Part shown: positions 1 through 13,130 of the stretch, piece after piece
Numbering within the stretch: position 1 is the first letter of the stretch
Layout: every line of letters starts with the position of its first letter
Assembly: GCA_951406725.2 (NCBI GenBank)
Contig: OX597830.1
Location: 64,914,001-64,978,000, forward strand
DNA length: 64,000 nt
Source of the DNA: Octopus vulgaris
Taxonomy: Eukaryota
Direction of reading: 5' to 3'
Program-made: the position numbers and the translations under genes
The notes under the pieces: model-generated
Database searches by the model: none
Seen by the model: the letters and a program-made list of their open reading frames with translations, nothing else
What the model was told of the DNA's origin: nothing

Positions 1-21
1 CTTAGTAATAATAATAATACT

Positions 22-124
<103 letters not shown>

Positions 125-280
125 AGTAGTATTTCGTCTGGCGTTACGTTCTAAGTTTAAATTCCACCGAGGTAGACTTTGTCTTTCATCCTTTCGGAGT
201 CGATTAAATGAGTAGTAGTTACGCACCGGGGTCGATGTAATCGACTTAATCCCTTCATCTGACCTTGTTTGTCCCCTCTA
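125..280 (+). mobile_element. SINE family A fragment (tRNA-derived, Nin/Deu-like core)
   Basis: gtatttcgtctg...ttaaattccaccgaggtagactttgtctttcatcctttcggagtcgattaaatgagta matches about 20 other copies in the window. Confidence 0.85.
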
Positions 281-918
281 GAGCGCCGTTTGTCCAAATT
301 TGGCCAAATGCGTTTCTTTTCAATATTTACTTTTGCTTGCATTAGCTGGTTTCGTCAAACTATCGTATCTCCAGCTGCTCTGATATCAAAAATTGTCAAA
401 GTTTTGTAGAACGGTTTTGCTATGGAATAGGGAAACTATTTTTTCCGTCTACTGAAAAAGCAACGTTTTGGACTTACGACACTTTTGCAAAATAGGCATG
501 ATGTATATATATATATATATATATACACAATTATCATGCTGGGAAGACTATACAGGCCGACACCAGCAAAAAGCACGAAGGCGCGCGCGCGCACACACAC
601 ACACATGCACACATACACACACATACACACACGTACGCACAAAATTAGAAAAGCGATTGCACACTCTAAATTCGCTTCCAAAGCCTTTTCCGGCAGTTTA
701 AAAAAGAAAAGGTTTAAAGCAGATATGGCAAACATAATTAATTAATTACGAAAATGTCTTCGAATCATTAAAATTTAAATAACAGTTGAAAATTTTGAAA
801 TGTTACGCGTAAATGTTCCGAAAAGTGGCGAGATTTGAGGGAATACGAGATTTAGAGTAATTAAGATTTAGTCAGATCATAATATCACGCGAAATCAATT
901 TTGCTACAATTCTCTAGT

Positions 919-931
919 GTTGCCAGGCAAC
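919..931. promoter_or_regulatory. RFX X-box-like palindrome GTTGCCAGGCAAC
   Basis: Fits the GTNRCC-N(0-3)-RGYAAC consensus and lies in non-microsatellite sequence; no linked gene is visible. Confidence 0.3.
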
Positions 932-1654
932 AGAAAATGAGAAATGGGAGTAGAAGATATTTTTTCTTGAAACTTTTTTTTTTATAAATTTTTTTTTTCG
1001 TGATATGTCAAGCGGAATGAGGTTTGTGCAGAACATCACTAAAAAACTATTGTTTTGAAACATGTTCAAAGATATAACAACAAAGACAGATAAGGAACAG
1101 CTAAGGAAGGTACAATAACATGTTGCAATAGAGACAAAACAAGCGGAAATGGCAAAATACCAAAGACGTATTATCTTTGCTACGAGCAACGTTTTTTTAT
1201 AGTAAAGCAGTTAGTTTCTGATTAAAAGGAAAAAAAAAATGTTTTATTGTTCTCTACACACAGTGTGTTATATCTGCCTCTTAAAATTTCGGGAGGAGTT
1301 TATTTGTCTATGCACTTCTGTGTGTGCTTTGTTTAATTACGTTTGAAGAAGAAAAAAAAGGCTGAATTGCAAATGTATGTTCATATTTAGAAGGCAATAT
1401 TATTTATGTGAGGTATACTTGCCATCTCAATATGGCTAACCACTAAGGGTGGGTGTTACTGTAGCTTGTAGCCCCAGGAGAACATCGTCTCCAGCTGGCT
1501 TTAGACACACTTTCTGTGCCCTTATGGTATTTGCAAAGGGAGTTCATCCTTCCCTCGTCAACCTAAGTGATACGCACGGACTGCAGTTTCTAGGTATTGA
1601 CCTGTCCTCAGCGTTCAACAATATTATTTATCTTCCGCTTAAAGTGGATGTTGT

Positions 1655-2290
1655 TTTAGAGCAAGGAGTATGGCGTTATTTACCAAGAGAGAACTTTTCA
1701 AATTCACTTTTGGTGCATATAAACACTCGTGTTTATATCGCTGGCGGGTGATAACACTCTTTTAACGGCCAAGGAAGGCCGAAATCACGTGATCTGGCTT
1801 ATACGACAGCCGTAGCGGCGGTTCCCAACCACCAGCAAAATAAATACGAAAGCTTATATGGAACAGAAGTCCATATGAGAAGTTTTCTCATGGTATTTAA
1901 AACAGCAATCTGTGGAAGATAAATATTACCTTTTGGTAATATTGCCTCAGTCGTTACTAATTAATCATTTTTTAATAAACCCACCGGTTTTTTGCGACAT
2001 CAGTGCCCGAATAGGTATTGGGATTGAACATATATATGATTGATAGGAGAATTGACTGCAACCTTTAGCCACCGACGTCTGCCATGGAGAAGACCAAGGA
2101 GAGCCCTGTAGGTGCTGAAGCAAAAGTTTATCGACCGCCAGCGATATAAACACGAGTGCTCATATGCACCGCAAGTCCATATGAGAGGATCTCTCGTGGT
2201 AAGTAACGCAGTATTCCGCTGTCTACTATAAGTAGAACATAAATATTACCTTTTGGTATTAGTATTGCCTCTGTCGCTTTTAATTATGTT
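1655..2290. repeat. Degenerate inverted-plus-direct repeat structure (possible Penelope pseudo-LTR remnant)
   Basis: ~1660-1753 is an inverted copy of ~2127-2222 (shared cactcgtgtttatatcgctggcgg); ~1853-1965 is a direct copy of ~2158-2285 (aagtccatatgaga...ataaatattaccttttggta). Confidence 0.7.
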
Positions 2291-2984
2291 CATATTTGTT
2301 TTGATAAAAGAGTTGGCGACAGATAGTCAGATATGGCGTGAGAGCCTTATGCTAATTAACCCTAAGTACTTGTAGAAACTTCAGCATTATCATATTTCAT
2401 CTGACAATGTCTGTCATCTCATTAACGCTTTTATACTTTTACCCACTACGTTTATAATATCCGTTTTACGTTTCAGACACGAATATGACAATTCCGAATG
2501 ATTACTTCTTGCGTTCTCCTACTTTTCTTTTGATGCTGAACTGGATTCCGTTGTGCGTTTGTGTATGTGTGTGTGTTTATATATATTGTGTGTGTGTGTA
2601 TCTACCTGTATGTATGTGAATGTATGCATATTTACATACACATACAAACATATATGTACAGAATAATTCATACAGAAGCACAAAAGTATAGAGGAACCCA
2701 TTGGATTAATGTAAAATTGTTCCTATTATAACTGAATATACAAACAAATATTAATAGACACGCACACATATATATTCATATGTGTATCTATATAACATTT
2801 TGTTTATATACATGAAGGTGTGTGTATGGATGGATGGATGGATGGATCTATGTACACGTCTGAGACTTCTGTATTGTATAGTTATAGACATAGGCAAAAT
2901 CGATTCGTTCTGAGATCAAATTCCGCCGAGATTCACTTTCTCATTCATCCTCTAGGGCTCGTTGAAATAAGTACGAATTGAGCA

Positions 2985-3061
2985 ATTCTTCTACTATAGT
3001 CTCGTGAGTGGATTTGGTAGACGGAGACTGAAAGAAACCTGCCGTATATATATATATATGT

Positions 3062-3097
<36 letters not shown>

Positions 3098-3168
3098 GTA
3101 TTCATATATGTGTAAATATATATATGTAAATATATATATATATGTATATATATATGTATGTATGTATT

Positions 3169-3209
<41 letters not shown>

Positions 3210-3428
3210 GTGTGTGTATATGTTTGTGTATCTGTGGCTGTCCCTTCTATCGCTTGATAACTGATGCTGGTGTGTTTACGACTCGGTAACTTAGCACTTC
3301 GGAAAAAGTGACCGATAGAATAAGTACTAGGCTTACAACGAATAAGTCCTTGGGTCGATTTGTTCGACTAAAGGTGGTGCTAGAGCACGGCCGCAGTCAA
3401 ATGTCTAAAACAAATAATAGAATAAAAG

Positions 3429-3430
<2 letters not shown>
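2985..3430 (+). mobile_element. SINE family B (CORE-like, internal TA/TG microsatellite), 5'-truncated
   Basis: gtgagtggatttggtagacgg...ctgaaagaa...(TA/TG)n...gaccgatagaataagtactaggcttac...ggccgcagtcaaatg; at least 10 copies in the window. Confidence 0.85.
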
Positions 3431-3469
<39 letters not shown>

Positions 3470-3479
3470 TATATATATC

Positions 3480-3511
<32 letters not shown>

Positions 3512-3516
3512 TATAC

Positions 3517-3562
<46 letters not shown>

Positions 3563-3601
3563 GTATGTATATACATATACATATATGTATGTATGTATAT
3601 T

Positions 3602-3632
<31 letters not shown>

Positions 3633-4019
3633 CTTTGTGTGTGTGTGCATATATATATATATGTATATATATATATTTACATATGTGCGTGTGTGTGCGT
3701 GTGTGTCTGTGTGTTCGAACCTTTTATCAGTTAATGTTTGTTGTTTAATCAATGCCAACATCAACACACACGCATCCGCATAGTCATGAATACTGGTATA
3801 CAGAAACCCACACTCACACACACACACACGCACACGCACACACACACACACGCATACACATACACACATACATACACACACACGCGCATACACGTGGATG
3901 CATTGAGCTGACATTTTGTAATTTCCTTTCCCGATACGGATGGTATTAGTGGTTGCAGTTGCCATGGTGATGGCTTTTTTTTTGTTGTCTTCTGTAATTT
4001 TAGGATTGTTTAGAGGAAG

Positions 4020-4376
4020 GGAGATGGAGAGAGAGAGAGAGAGAGAGAGAAAGAAAGAGAGCGAGATTCAGAGAGAGAGAGAAAGAGAGAGAGAAAGAAA
4101 GAAAGATAGAGGGGAGAAAAACAGAAAGAAAGAAAGAAAAAGAAAGAAGAAAAGAAAGAAAGAAGAAAAGAAAATGCGAAGTCATGGAATATTAGGTAGG
4201 AAATCGTGATGGTGGTGGTGGTGGTAGTGGTGATTGTGATGTTGATAATAACGGTGGTGAATATGTTTGTGGTGGTTGGGGTGGTGTAGTTGGTAGGGGT
4301 GGTGGCGATGGCGGGGTTGTTTGTGGTGATGATGTTGAATTGTTATGGTTGTAGTGACCGTTGTGCTTGTGTTGGT

Positions 4377-4424
<48 letters not shown>

Positions 4425-4819
4425 GGTGGTGGTGACTGTGGTGGCGATATTGCTTTTAGAGAAGAGATATCAGCACGAATGGTAAAAGAGGCGGGGCGGA
4501 AATCGGAAAAATATATTTGAATAAAAGAATAAGTGAATGGAAAGAAAGAGAGAAAGAAAGAAAGAAACAGACAAACAAACATACAAAAAAGAAAGAGAAA
4601 AAAAAGAAAGAACGAGAGGGAGAAAGAGACACAGAGAAGGACAAGAATACGATTTTCAAAAGAAAGAAAGAAAGAAAGAAAGCAAAAAAGGAAAGAAAGA
4701 AAGAAAAAAGGAAAGAAAGAAAGAAACAGACAAACAAACATACAAAAAAGAAAGAGAGAAAAAAAGAAAGAACGAGAGGGAGAAAGAGACACAGAGAAGG
4801 ACAAGAATACGATTTTCAA

Positions 4820-4878
<59 letters not shown>

Positions 4879-5070
4879 CAAAAGGAAAGAAAGAAAGCAA
4901 AAGGAAAGAAAGAAAGAAAAAGGAAAGAAAGAAAGAAAGAAAAAAGGAAAGAAAGAAAGAAAAAGGTAAGAAGGAAATAACGAGAGGGAGAAAGAGACCC
5001 AGAAAAGGACAAGAATACGATTTTCAAAAGAAAGAAGGAAAGAAAGACAAAAAGAAAGAAAGATAGAATA
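4020..5070 (+). repeat. Purine-rich (GA/GAAA)n tract with ~160-260 bp higher-order duplication, interrupted by (GTT/GGT)n
   Basis: Unit acgagagggagaaagagac...ggacaagaatacgattttcaaaagaaag recurs at ~4612, ~4772 and ~4980. Confidence 0.9.
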
Positions 5071-6319
5071 AATGAGTGATTGAAAGAGACAAAATGTAAA
5101 GAGAAAATAAAGTAGGGAGAGAAATTAAATAGGCTGTAAATGGTTATTAAATGAAGGAAATCCATGAAGTGGAAGGGTTTAGTATTGAAAAAAATGAATG
5201 ACAATAGAAAATGGGACAAAATTGCAAAAATAATAAAGAATAAAAGAGTAAAAAGAGAAAAGAGAGAGAGTATATGAGCGAAAAAACTGTGAGAACAGGT
5301 AGAGCAGCAAGGAAAATGTGTCGCTACGATTACGGCACTTTATACTGTGAGTTCAATTCTATCAAGGTTAACTCTACCTTTTACTCGCCCACGGTTGATA
5401 AAATAAAGTATCATGTCAATACTGTGGTTGCCCTAATTTGTCTGAGACTTGAGCTACCAATCCAAAACTCGGCATACCTGGCACCAGTGGGTTACAGGAG
5501 ACATCAAAGAGAATGCGCACCGTTTCTGGGCCTTCCCTTTGGATGGCTTTATAGCACACCGTTTCACTGTCGTGAAGCTCTACCTACTGGTTCGACCGAC
5601 TAGTATTTAACCATCGACATTCTATCGACATATCTATCATTTATCGACATATCGATCAGGCGTATGATATCTTCAAGCAATAAGATTATGGACGAATGAT
5701 GTTAGAATCGCTTGTTCTGCATTAAGAACGGGTGTGGATCTGAAACCCGTTGTTCACGGTATAAAATTGTGAGGAGAAGCAGTACTCCAAGGTGTGCTGT
5801 TTAGCGGTGAAAGACATATAGTGTGAATATATGTTTAGGAATGCTGTATGTATCTTAGAAGAATTCTTACAGAGAAGAATAAATTTAGGAACTATATATT
5901 TATTACATAAAATATATTTTATTCACTGGTTGTCGATGTATCATAATCAAAATGTAGAAACTAATTGAATGAAATAATCTATGTAAGAAAGTTCAGAAAT
6001 GTAGAAATAACAGCTAAATAGTGGTATTTAGTAATGTGGCATAGAGAAATAGACAGGCATAGCAACGGCGTGAATAGCTCTGAGTCTAATCGACAAAGAA
6101 GCAAAGAGCAGGGCAAGCAAACTGTTTTTATTAAGGAACGCTAGACATTCTAGAAACTTCCAAGAGAAATGCGAAGCTTCTTGAATAGTTAAGAATTACT
6201 TCGCATGAAATGTAATCTTCCGAGAAACTTACTAAAGGGAGATTACTCTATAATACTTCTTGCATGATTATATCATTCTACTATTTTAGTTACAGACAAC
6301 AAACTACTACAGACATAAT

Positions 6320-6788
6320 CCTTCCTACTGGAGACACAAGGCCTCAAATTAGAGGGGAGGGCACAAGTCGATTACATTGACCCCACTGTTTCACTGGTAC
6401 TTAATCTATCGATCCAGAAAGGATGAAAGGCAAAGTCGACCTCGGCGGAATTTGAACTCAGAACGTAGCGGCAGACGAAATACCTATTTCTTTACTACCC
6501 ACAAGGGGCTAAACACAGAGAGGACAAACAAGGACAGACAAACGGATTAAGTCGATTATATCGACCCCAGTGAGTAACTGCGTAACAGAGGGGACAAACA
6601 AGAACAGACAAAATGATTAAGTTGATTATATCGACCTCAGTGCGTAACTGGTACTTATTTAATCGACCCCGAAAGGATAAAAGGCAAAGTCGACCTGGGC
6701 GGAATTAGAACTCAGAACGTAGCGGCAGACGAAATGCCACTAAGCATTTCGCCCGGCGTGCTAACGTTTCTGCCAGATCGCCGCCTTT
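6320..6788 (-). mobile_element. SINE family A, composite/tandem copy
   Basis: Reverse complement of the head ggcggcgatctggcagaaacgttagcacgccgggcgaaatgc followed by two body units. Confidence 0.9.
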
Positions 6789-6924
6789 GTGAAAGACATA
6801 ATAATAATGATTTCTTTTTTTTTTTATTGAAAAAAGAATTTGTATTTCTTTTGATTTAAAAAAAAAATTTATAATTGATTTGTTTTATTTTAATTATATT
6901 TTTTCTTTATTTTTAAAGGAAAGA

Positions 6925-7025
<101 letters not shown>

Positions 7026-7539
7026 TAATAATAATAATAATAGATTGCTATATCGTGGTTTCGTGTTCGATTACACAACTCAGCATACCGGCAGGTTTCT
7101 GCTGCTACGTCTCCTGACTGACCAAATTGCTTGAGTGTGAATTTAAGTAGACGGAAACTGTATGGAATCCCGTCGTATACATCGTTCACACACACTCGAA
7201 AGAAAACTTTTCCAAAAAGGTTAGTGACCCGCAGATAAAGAATTTACAACGTTTTTTTAAAATAACTTTTTAAAGAAATCTTTTTTTATACTTGATAGAA
7301 TTGTATGAAATAATTTTCACTAAGACATTTAAATACATTGAATTCACATTCACCCGCTCATATATACCCATGCACTCTTATTCTATTTTATTTTATATTT
7401 GCATATATCAACGATAAACTCTCTCACACCACATTCAGGATTATACGTCAAATCATTTAATAACGTTCCTCTACTGAACATTGCCAGCAACATTCTAAAA
7501 CGCCTCTGGACACAAGATGAAATTGGTGACCTGATTAAA

Positions 7540-7775
7540 TGGCGGCGAGCTGGCAGAATCGTTAGCACGCCAGGCGAAGTGCTTTGCGGTATTTCGTCTG
7601 CCGCTACGTTTGCAGTTCAAATTCCGCCGAGGTCGACTTTGACTTTCATCCTTTCGGGGTCGATTAAATAAGTACCAGTTACGCACTGGGGTCGATATAA
7701 TCGACTTAATCCGTTTGTCTGTCCTTGTTTGTCCTCTCTGTGTTTAGCCCCTTGTGGGTAGTAAAAGAAATAGGT
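7540..7775 (+). mobile_element. SINE family A, full copy
   Basis: ggcggcgagctggcagaatcgttagcacgcc (A-box-like)...gttcaaattcc (B-box-like)...core...agccccttgtgggtagtaaaagaaatagg tail. Confidence 0.9.
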
Positions 7776-8394
7776 ATACTCGTCACAACGATGGTGAAGC
7801 ATGTAACTTTACTGCAAAATTGCTGACAAATTAACTTTGCACACCTTTCATAGAACAGAAAGACAAAATGAAAACAAAATCAAAGAATTAACAAGAACAT
7901 TCTACATCGTTCAAACGCACGTGGACAAACCAGAAGCTATATCGATCAGAGCACCAACTGACAGGCAGTAGAAGATCGGAGGGAAAGAGCAGAATGGACA
8001 GAACGAACTATACAGGTATAAAAGGTGGAAAGAAGAACAACACAAAATGATATTTAGAGAAAGGAGTAGTGAAGAGCAACAATGAAAGAAAGAAAGAGAG
8101 ACAGAATGAGAGAGAGTGTGTGTGAGAGAGAGAGGGCGAAACACAATGAATGCGCTCGCGCGTGTGGTAGTATTACTATTCTGTTTTTATGTGAAATTAC
8201 ATATAAAAATGATTTAACATTAAATTGAAAGGTCACGCAATATTTTTTGTAGACGTGTTTTGACATTTTTACAGCGTAAAGATTTACGATGGCTTCGTAG
8301 TTTGGAGTTACTAATCTGAAACTACGAAGCCATGGTCAACCGTTTCCCACTGAAAATTAATAGACATGGCTGTGTGGTAAGAAGCTTGCTTCCG

Positions 8395-11300
8395 GTCGTT
8401 CACTGATGTCAGTGCTGTTCTCGCTCCGTAAGGAATTTTATCGTTTCATATTGGATTTGTTACTGTTGGACTTATTGTATTTTTGGATTGTTATTATTGC
8501 TGAACTTCGTACTGTTGTCCGGTGTACCGGGTGATAGAAATTGTTATTTCTTTTTGTAGCTATTGTGGTAATTTTCAAACAAAATATAAAAAAAAAATTG
8601 GACTTGTTAAAGGCGTTTCAGATTTTATTATTGTGCACCGCCCACTGCGGGGGCGGGATTTGAACTATTGACAAAGAATTTATAAACTGTTTTTTTTTTT
8701 TTCGAAAATTATTATAGGTTTTCCTTGCGGAAAACCGATTTTTGTTATATTTTCTTGTGTAATTAATGTCGGCCGAGCATGTCGGTCGAAATCATATATG
8801 AAAAATTCACTCTCGAAGAGAGTAATGTTAACTCTGTTAGAAAGTTTTCGGTGATTGCCGCTGTGGCAACCGAAAACATTGATTTCCTGTAGAGAAGCTA
8901 CAGGAATATTTCAAGAGAATGAAGGAGGAGGATGGGGATATAAAAATATCACCTCTCCCCCTTCAAAACGGTTGAAACGGACCGAAAAACAATAATATTT
9001 AAATCGTTCTGTCCAAAAACCAAACGATTTAAACATGTCGAAAAAGAGAAAATTGACAAAATATCTTCCCCGATTTGGAAATACGTAGCGTATATTATGT
9101 GGGGCAAGACGTATGGCAACGTTGAGGTGCGGTTCGCGTCTGAGGAAAAGGCTCGCGAGTAATCTGTGATACCCCTAAAAACAGAAGATGTGGTGCCTCT
9201 GCCAACCTACATAGGAAGAATGACTTCTCGTATAAATGTGACAGAAGTGCCACCAGAAGTAGACCCGAGAGAGGTGATGGCCACCCTGTTTTTTAACAGG
9301 ACGGACAAAGTCCAATTTCTCCAGATTACATGTTCTGCTCCGCAGAATTGGCTCTGACAGAGCATCTCGGCAATCATTCAGGGAGCTCAGGAAGACATTG
9401 AAATACTTCCAGATCGGATACTTGTGGGTGAGAATATTATATTGAGAATCACTGACGAAGGGGAAAAAGCACCTGATTCGAATGTGGCAAAACGAGCCAC
9501 ATTCGGGCAGATTGTGATTTTAAGAAAAGGAGAAGATGCAGACACGTCGAGTACATTAGTGGTGTTAGGAGACTTTAACGCTATCGTTGACGCACGCATC
9601 GATAGTGTAGGCTTGAATGGTAGAAACGTAAACTCACGTCTCGTGGATCTGCTTAAGCGTTTTCAGCTGGCAGACCGTTACAGGCTTGACCGTCCGAATG
9701 GACCTGGATTAGTGGCGACGGAAGGCTCAAGTCTTAGTTACACAAGATAGTGATAAGAACTAGATACAAGGCTAGTTTTAGCTATCCACAACTTGTTCAA
9801 GCGTCCTACATTGACCATAGAAATGTAGGCTGAACATAGATAGCACTGTTAAGCGAGAATCTGGCTACTGGAAGCTAAACAAGTCAATTTTGACTTGCGA
9901 TGCATTCCGCAGCTGGATTAAGGAACTAGTACAGAGGGAATTAACGAGAGTCATGGTTAACAACCGGTGGTGGTTCGCCCTTAATAGAGCCATTCGTTTT
10001 GAGTCAATTAGGTTTAGCCATCAGCTAAAACTAGATAAGGTCAGAATAGAAGGGTAATTAGTTAACGACTTAGAGGAGGCGTTGAGGTTGGGCTCTGCAT
10101 CACACATTTTGGCAGCAAGGACGGCCTTGGACTGTCACCTCAAAGCCAAATACAAGGGTTGCAGAGTTCTGGCTCAAGTACGAGCATTGGGCTGTGAGGA
10201 GATTAAATTTACCGGACAGGCCGTACGGTAGGAACCCAGCGTGGCAATGATGCCACAATTAGGTCTCTGGTGGATGACAGTGGGTGTTCGGTCGAAGGAT
10301 GGGACGAGATGTGTGAGGCGCTTTGCAAGCACTTCACCGAGTTGTCCGGCAGGAGCGGGACGCTGGCTCATAGTGAGGCCCTTAGTGAGGCCCTCTCGGC
10401 ACGAGAGGCTGAGTCCTGCAAGGGGCCAATCACAGCCAAGGTGGTGATCGAGATGCTGGGCGAATGCCCTGCGGAGAAGTCAACGGGTGTAGATGGTGTA
10501 CCTTATGAATTTTATAAAAGCATGTCAGACTTGTTCGGGCACCTGCTGGCCGGCGCTTACGCCAACTGGTAGCAGAATGGGAGAATTCCCAAATATGCAG
10601 GCCGAGGGGTGGGGACGCTGGTCAGAAGCAAGGGGGACGAGATAAGTCATTTTAGGCCCATAACTCTGCTAAATGCAGAGTTAAAGATTTTGGCCAAGGT
10701 GCTAGCGAAAATGTTGGCGCGGGTGGTAGACAGACTTGTTCAGGGGCGCAAGCTTGCGCCATCTCGGGCAGGTCGATCCACGACAATCTCTACCTTATAC
10801 GCTACTCCTTAGAGAGGGTAGGGAAACTTTCTGGTGTAGGGAACACAGTCTAAAGCATAAGTCTAAGGGTCGACCATCAGTACTTGAAAGTGGTCCTCGA
10901 GAAGGCTGGCCTGGGCCCGACCTCCTGCGGTTGGATTGCTTTTTGTACAGTGACTTCGAGTCGTAAAAGTGAATGTGTTTTTCTCGAAACCATTCAGGAT
11001 CGAACGCTGAGTGCGTTAGGGTGTCCCCTGTCACCGCCTCTGTATGTATTAACTCTTGAGCCATAGCTACAGAGGTTGAAGTCACTAGGGGGCACCCGAA
11101 TGATCTGTGGTGTGGAAGAGGAGCTACGGCGTATGCGGATGACATACTCATCATCGTGGCGGATGAGGGCCAGTTTCCAGTGGTGGAAGAGGCCATCAAA
11201 AGTTACGAGACGGTGGCAGGAGCAAAGGTTATCAAGGAGAAGTCAGTCGATTTGCAACTCGGCATCTGGAGGGCCAAGCCGATGACGTCCGATAACGTCG

Positions 11301-12090
11301 TCGGGCGTTGGACGGAAGCTCCTCAAGATGCTCGGAGTATTGTTTGGTCCAGACCTCCATATAGAGAAAAATTGGAGTGAGGTAACCAGCAAGGTGACTG
11401 CTCTAACCCAGACCTAGTCTGGACGGGCGTTATCCTTGCTAGCGAGGGTGGAGGTGATGGAGATGTTTATAACATTAGTTATCACAAACCGTGGTGCCTT
11501 GCCCCGATTTTTGGATGAAAAAGTTGGAGAGAATCCTTTTCTGCTTTTTGTGGAAGGGAGGGAAGCCGCTTGTGAAGCGCTCTGTCTGCTTCCAGAAACC
11601 GCTAAAGTGTGGATTAGGGATGCCTTAGCTGAAGATGTGAAAACTCGCGTTAAGTTTGAGGCACCACTGGCTTTACCTGGATGGGGATCAGGTGTGGTCA
11701 CTGCACGTCCGGTTCTACCTTCGGCGTTTAACGTCCTTGACGGACATTGGAGCATGGATCAAGCAGAGACCTAGTCTGGGAGACCGGCAATTGGAGTGCC
11801 GTCAGACACTTCAGCTACTCTCTCGGGCGGGCAATGCCGGCAGCAGGACTACCACCACGGATTTGTTTAGCGAGTTTGTGGGCTTTATGTCCGAAGACGC
11901 CTTGTGGGAAGCCCTGGGCTACGATGAAAATCAGTTGATCAGCCTCTTCAGGAGAGCGTTCGGGCCGGGGTATCTGTATAATTACCAGAAATCCCTGGCG
12001 TGGCAGTGCTTCCGTGCGGCGTTACCTGTTCGGGACAAACTGTCAAGGCAAGGAAGGACATTTATTGCAACGGTTCATCAGTTTTTCTAA
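8395..12090 (+). mobile_element. Degenerate L1/Tx1-type non-LTR retrotransposon (5'UTR, ORF1, APE endonuclease, RT), 3'-truncated
   Basis: APE motif LVVLGDFNAIVD (~9556); RT motifs KSTGVDGVPYEFYK, FRPITLLNAELKILAKVLA, GCPLSPPLYVLTLEP, and YADD at 11132-11143; many stops and frameshifts. Confidence 0.9.
9550..12060 (+). pseudogene. Disrupted ORF2 (endonuclease/reverse transcriptase) of the L1/Tx1-type LINE
   Basis: Motifs are split across ORFs 9424..9750, 10270..10572, 10609..10812, 10884..11066, 11156..11380 and 11656..12090 in colinear order. Confidence 0.88.
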
Positions 12091-12544
12091 GCCAGGTAAA
12101 AGAACTCGAAAAATTAGGCTTTTCACGATACCTTTAAAGCCAGGAAGTTTTCAGCATGAATGCGTCATTGCGTTTGCGTTATTTGACTTCTCACCGCTTG
12201 ACAACTTCTGTCTGTTTCTTTATAACCTCGTAACAATTTTAGAAATTCAATATATAACAACTAAAGACTAGAAAACTTAATGAATAAATACCGAGGGGAT
12301 AACTGAAATATAAAATATTATTATAAGAACTTCCGCTACAATAAAAACTAGGTGTACGTGCAATAGCTGGCAAAAGGTATGCATGTAATTAATACATGCT
12401 GTTAATTTGTAGCAATTTTTCCTTATCTATTTGCTTTAAAACTGATATGATACTGTAATAAAGCCTTATTATAATTTTTTAGATTATTTCCTTTTGCTTA
12501 TTTATAAGGCATCGACTCTTGTGCTAAAATTTGAAAGCTATATC

Positions 12545-12750
12545 AGGGTGGTTGTGCGGTTAAGACGTACACTTTGCAACCACGTGGTTTGGGGGTTCGG
12601 TTTAAGTGCGTGACACCATGGACAAGTGTCTTCTACTGCAGCCCCGCGCTGACCAGTGTCTTGAAAGTGAATTTGATTGAGGGAAACTGCATAGAAACCC
12701 GTCGAAAAATGTCTGCGTGCGTGTATGTTTGTGTGTATGTGTATGTGTTT
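12545..12750 (+). mobile_element. SINE family B, diverged 5' half
   Basis: gcaaccacgtggttt...ggacaagtgtcttctactg...ggaaactgcatagaaacccgtcg. Confidence 0.7.
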
Positions 12751-12829
12751 TTTCCTCTATGTCTTAATCGGGCTCCAAATGACACTTGGGGAGCCATATA
12801 AGATTTTGCTGTTAAAATTTATGTGCAAT

Positions 12830-13130
12830 GTCGCATGGCTCCGTGATTAGAGCGTCGTACACGCAATCATGAGGTAGTAAGTTCGATTTCCGAACAAGAT
12901 GTTGTGTTGTGTTTTTGAGCAAGACAATTTATTTCACGTTGATTCAGTTCACTAAGTTGTAGAAATGAGTTGTGACGTCACCGATGCCAAGCTGTATCGG
13001 CCTTTGCCTTTCCCTTGGATAAGACAGGTGACGTGGTGAAAGGAGACAGCTGGTATCCATGGTCGGACTTGTGGCTCGGAGGGTAACTTTCTATGTCCAA
13101 TCCCATGGTCATTCATGACCGGGGAGGGTC
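12830..13130 (+). mobile_element. SINE family D (tRNA head plus ttgagcaagacactttatttcacgttg core)
   Basis: Head and core shared with copies at ~21410-21660(+), ~52970-53215(+), ~54080-54215(+) and ~61555-61760(-). Confidence 0.7.

Noticed and set aside
1415-1510. HDV-like ribozyme (gccat/atggc hairpin followed by CTAA)
   Set aside because: Could not identify the P1, P2 and P3 pseudoknot pairings.
4343-5219. Lys/Glu/Arg-rich and Phe/Leu/Ser-rich ORFs
   Set aside because: (GAAA)n tract lacking stops by composition.
5768-6294. Possible solo LTR (TG...CA, minus-strand AATAAA)
   Set aside because: No matching TSD, PBS or second copy in the window; cannot be supported without a repeat search.
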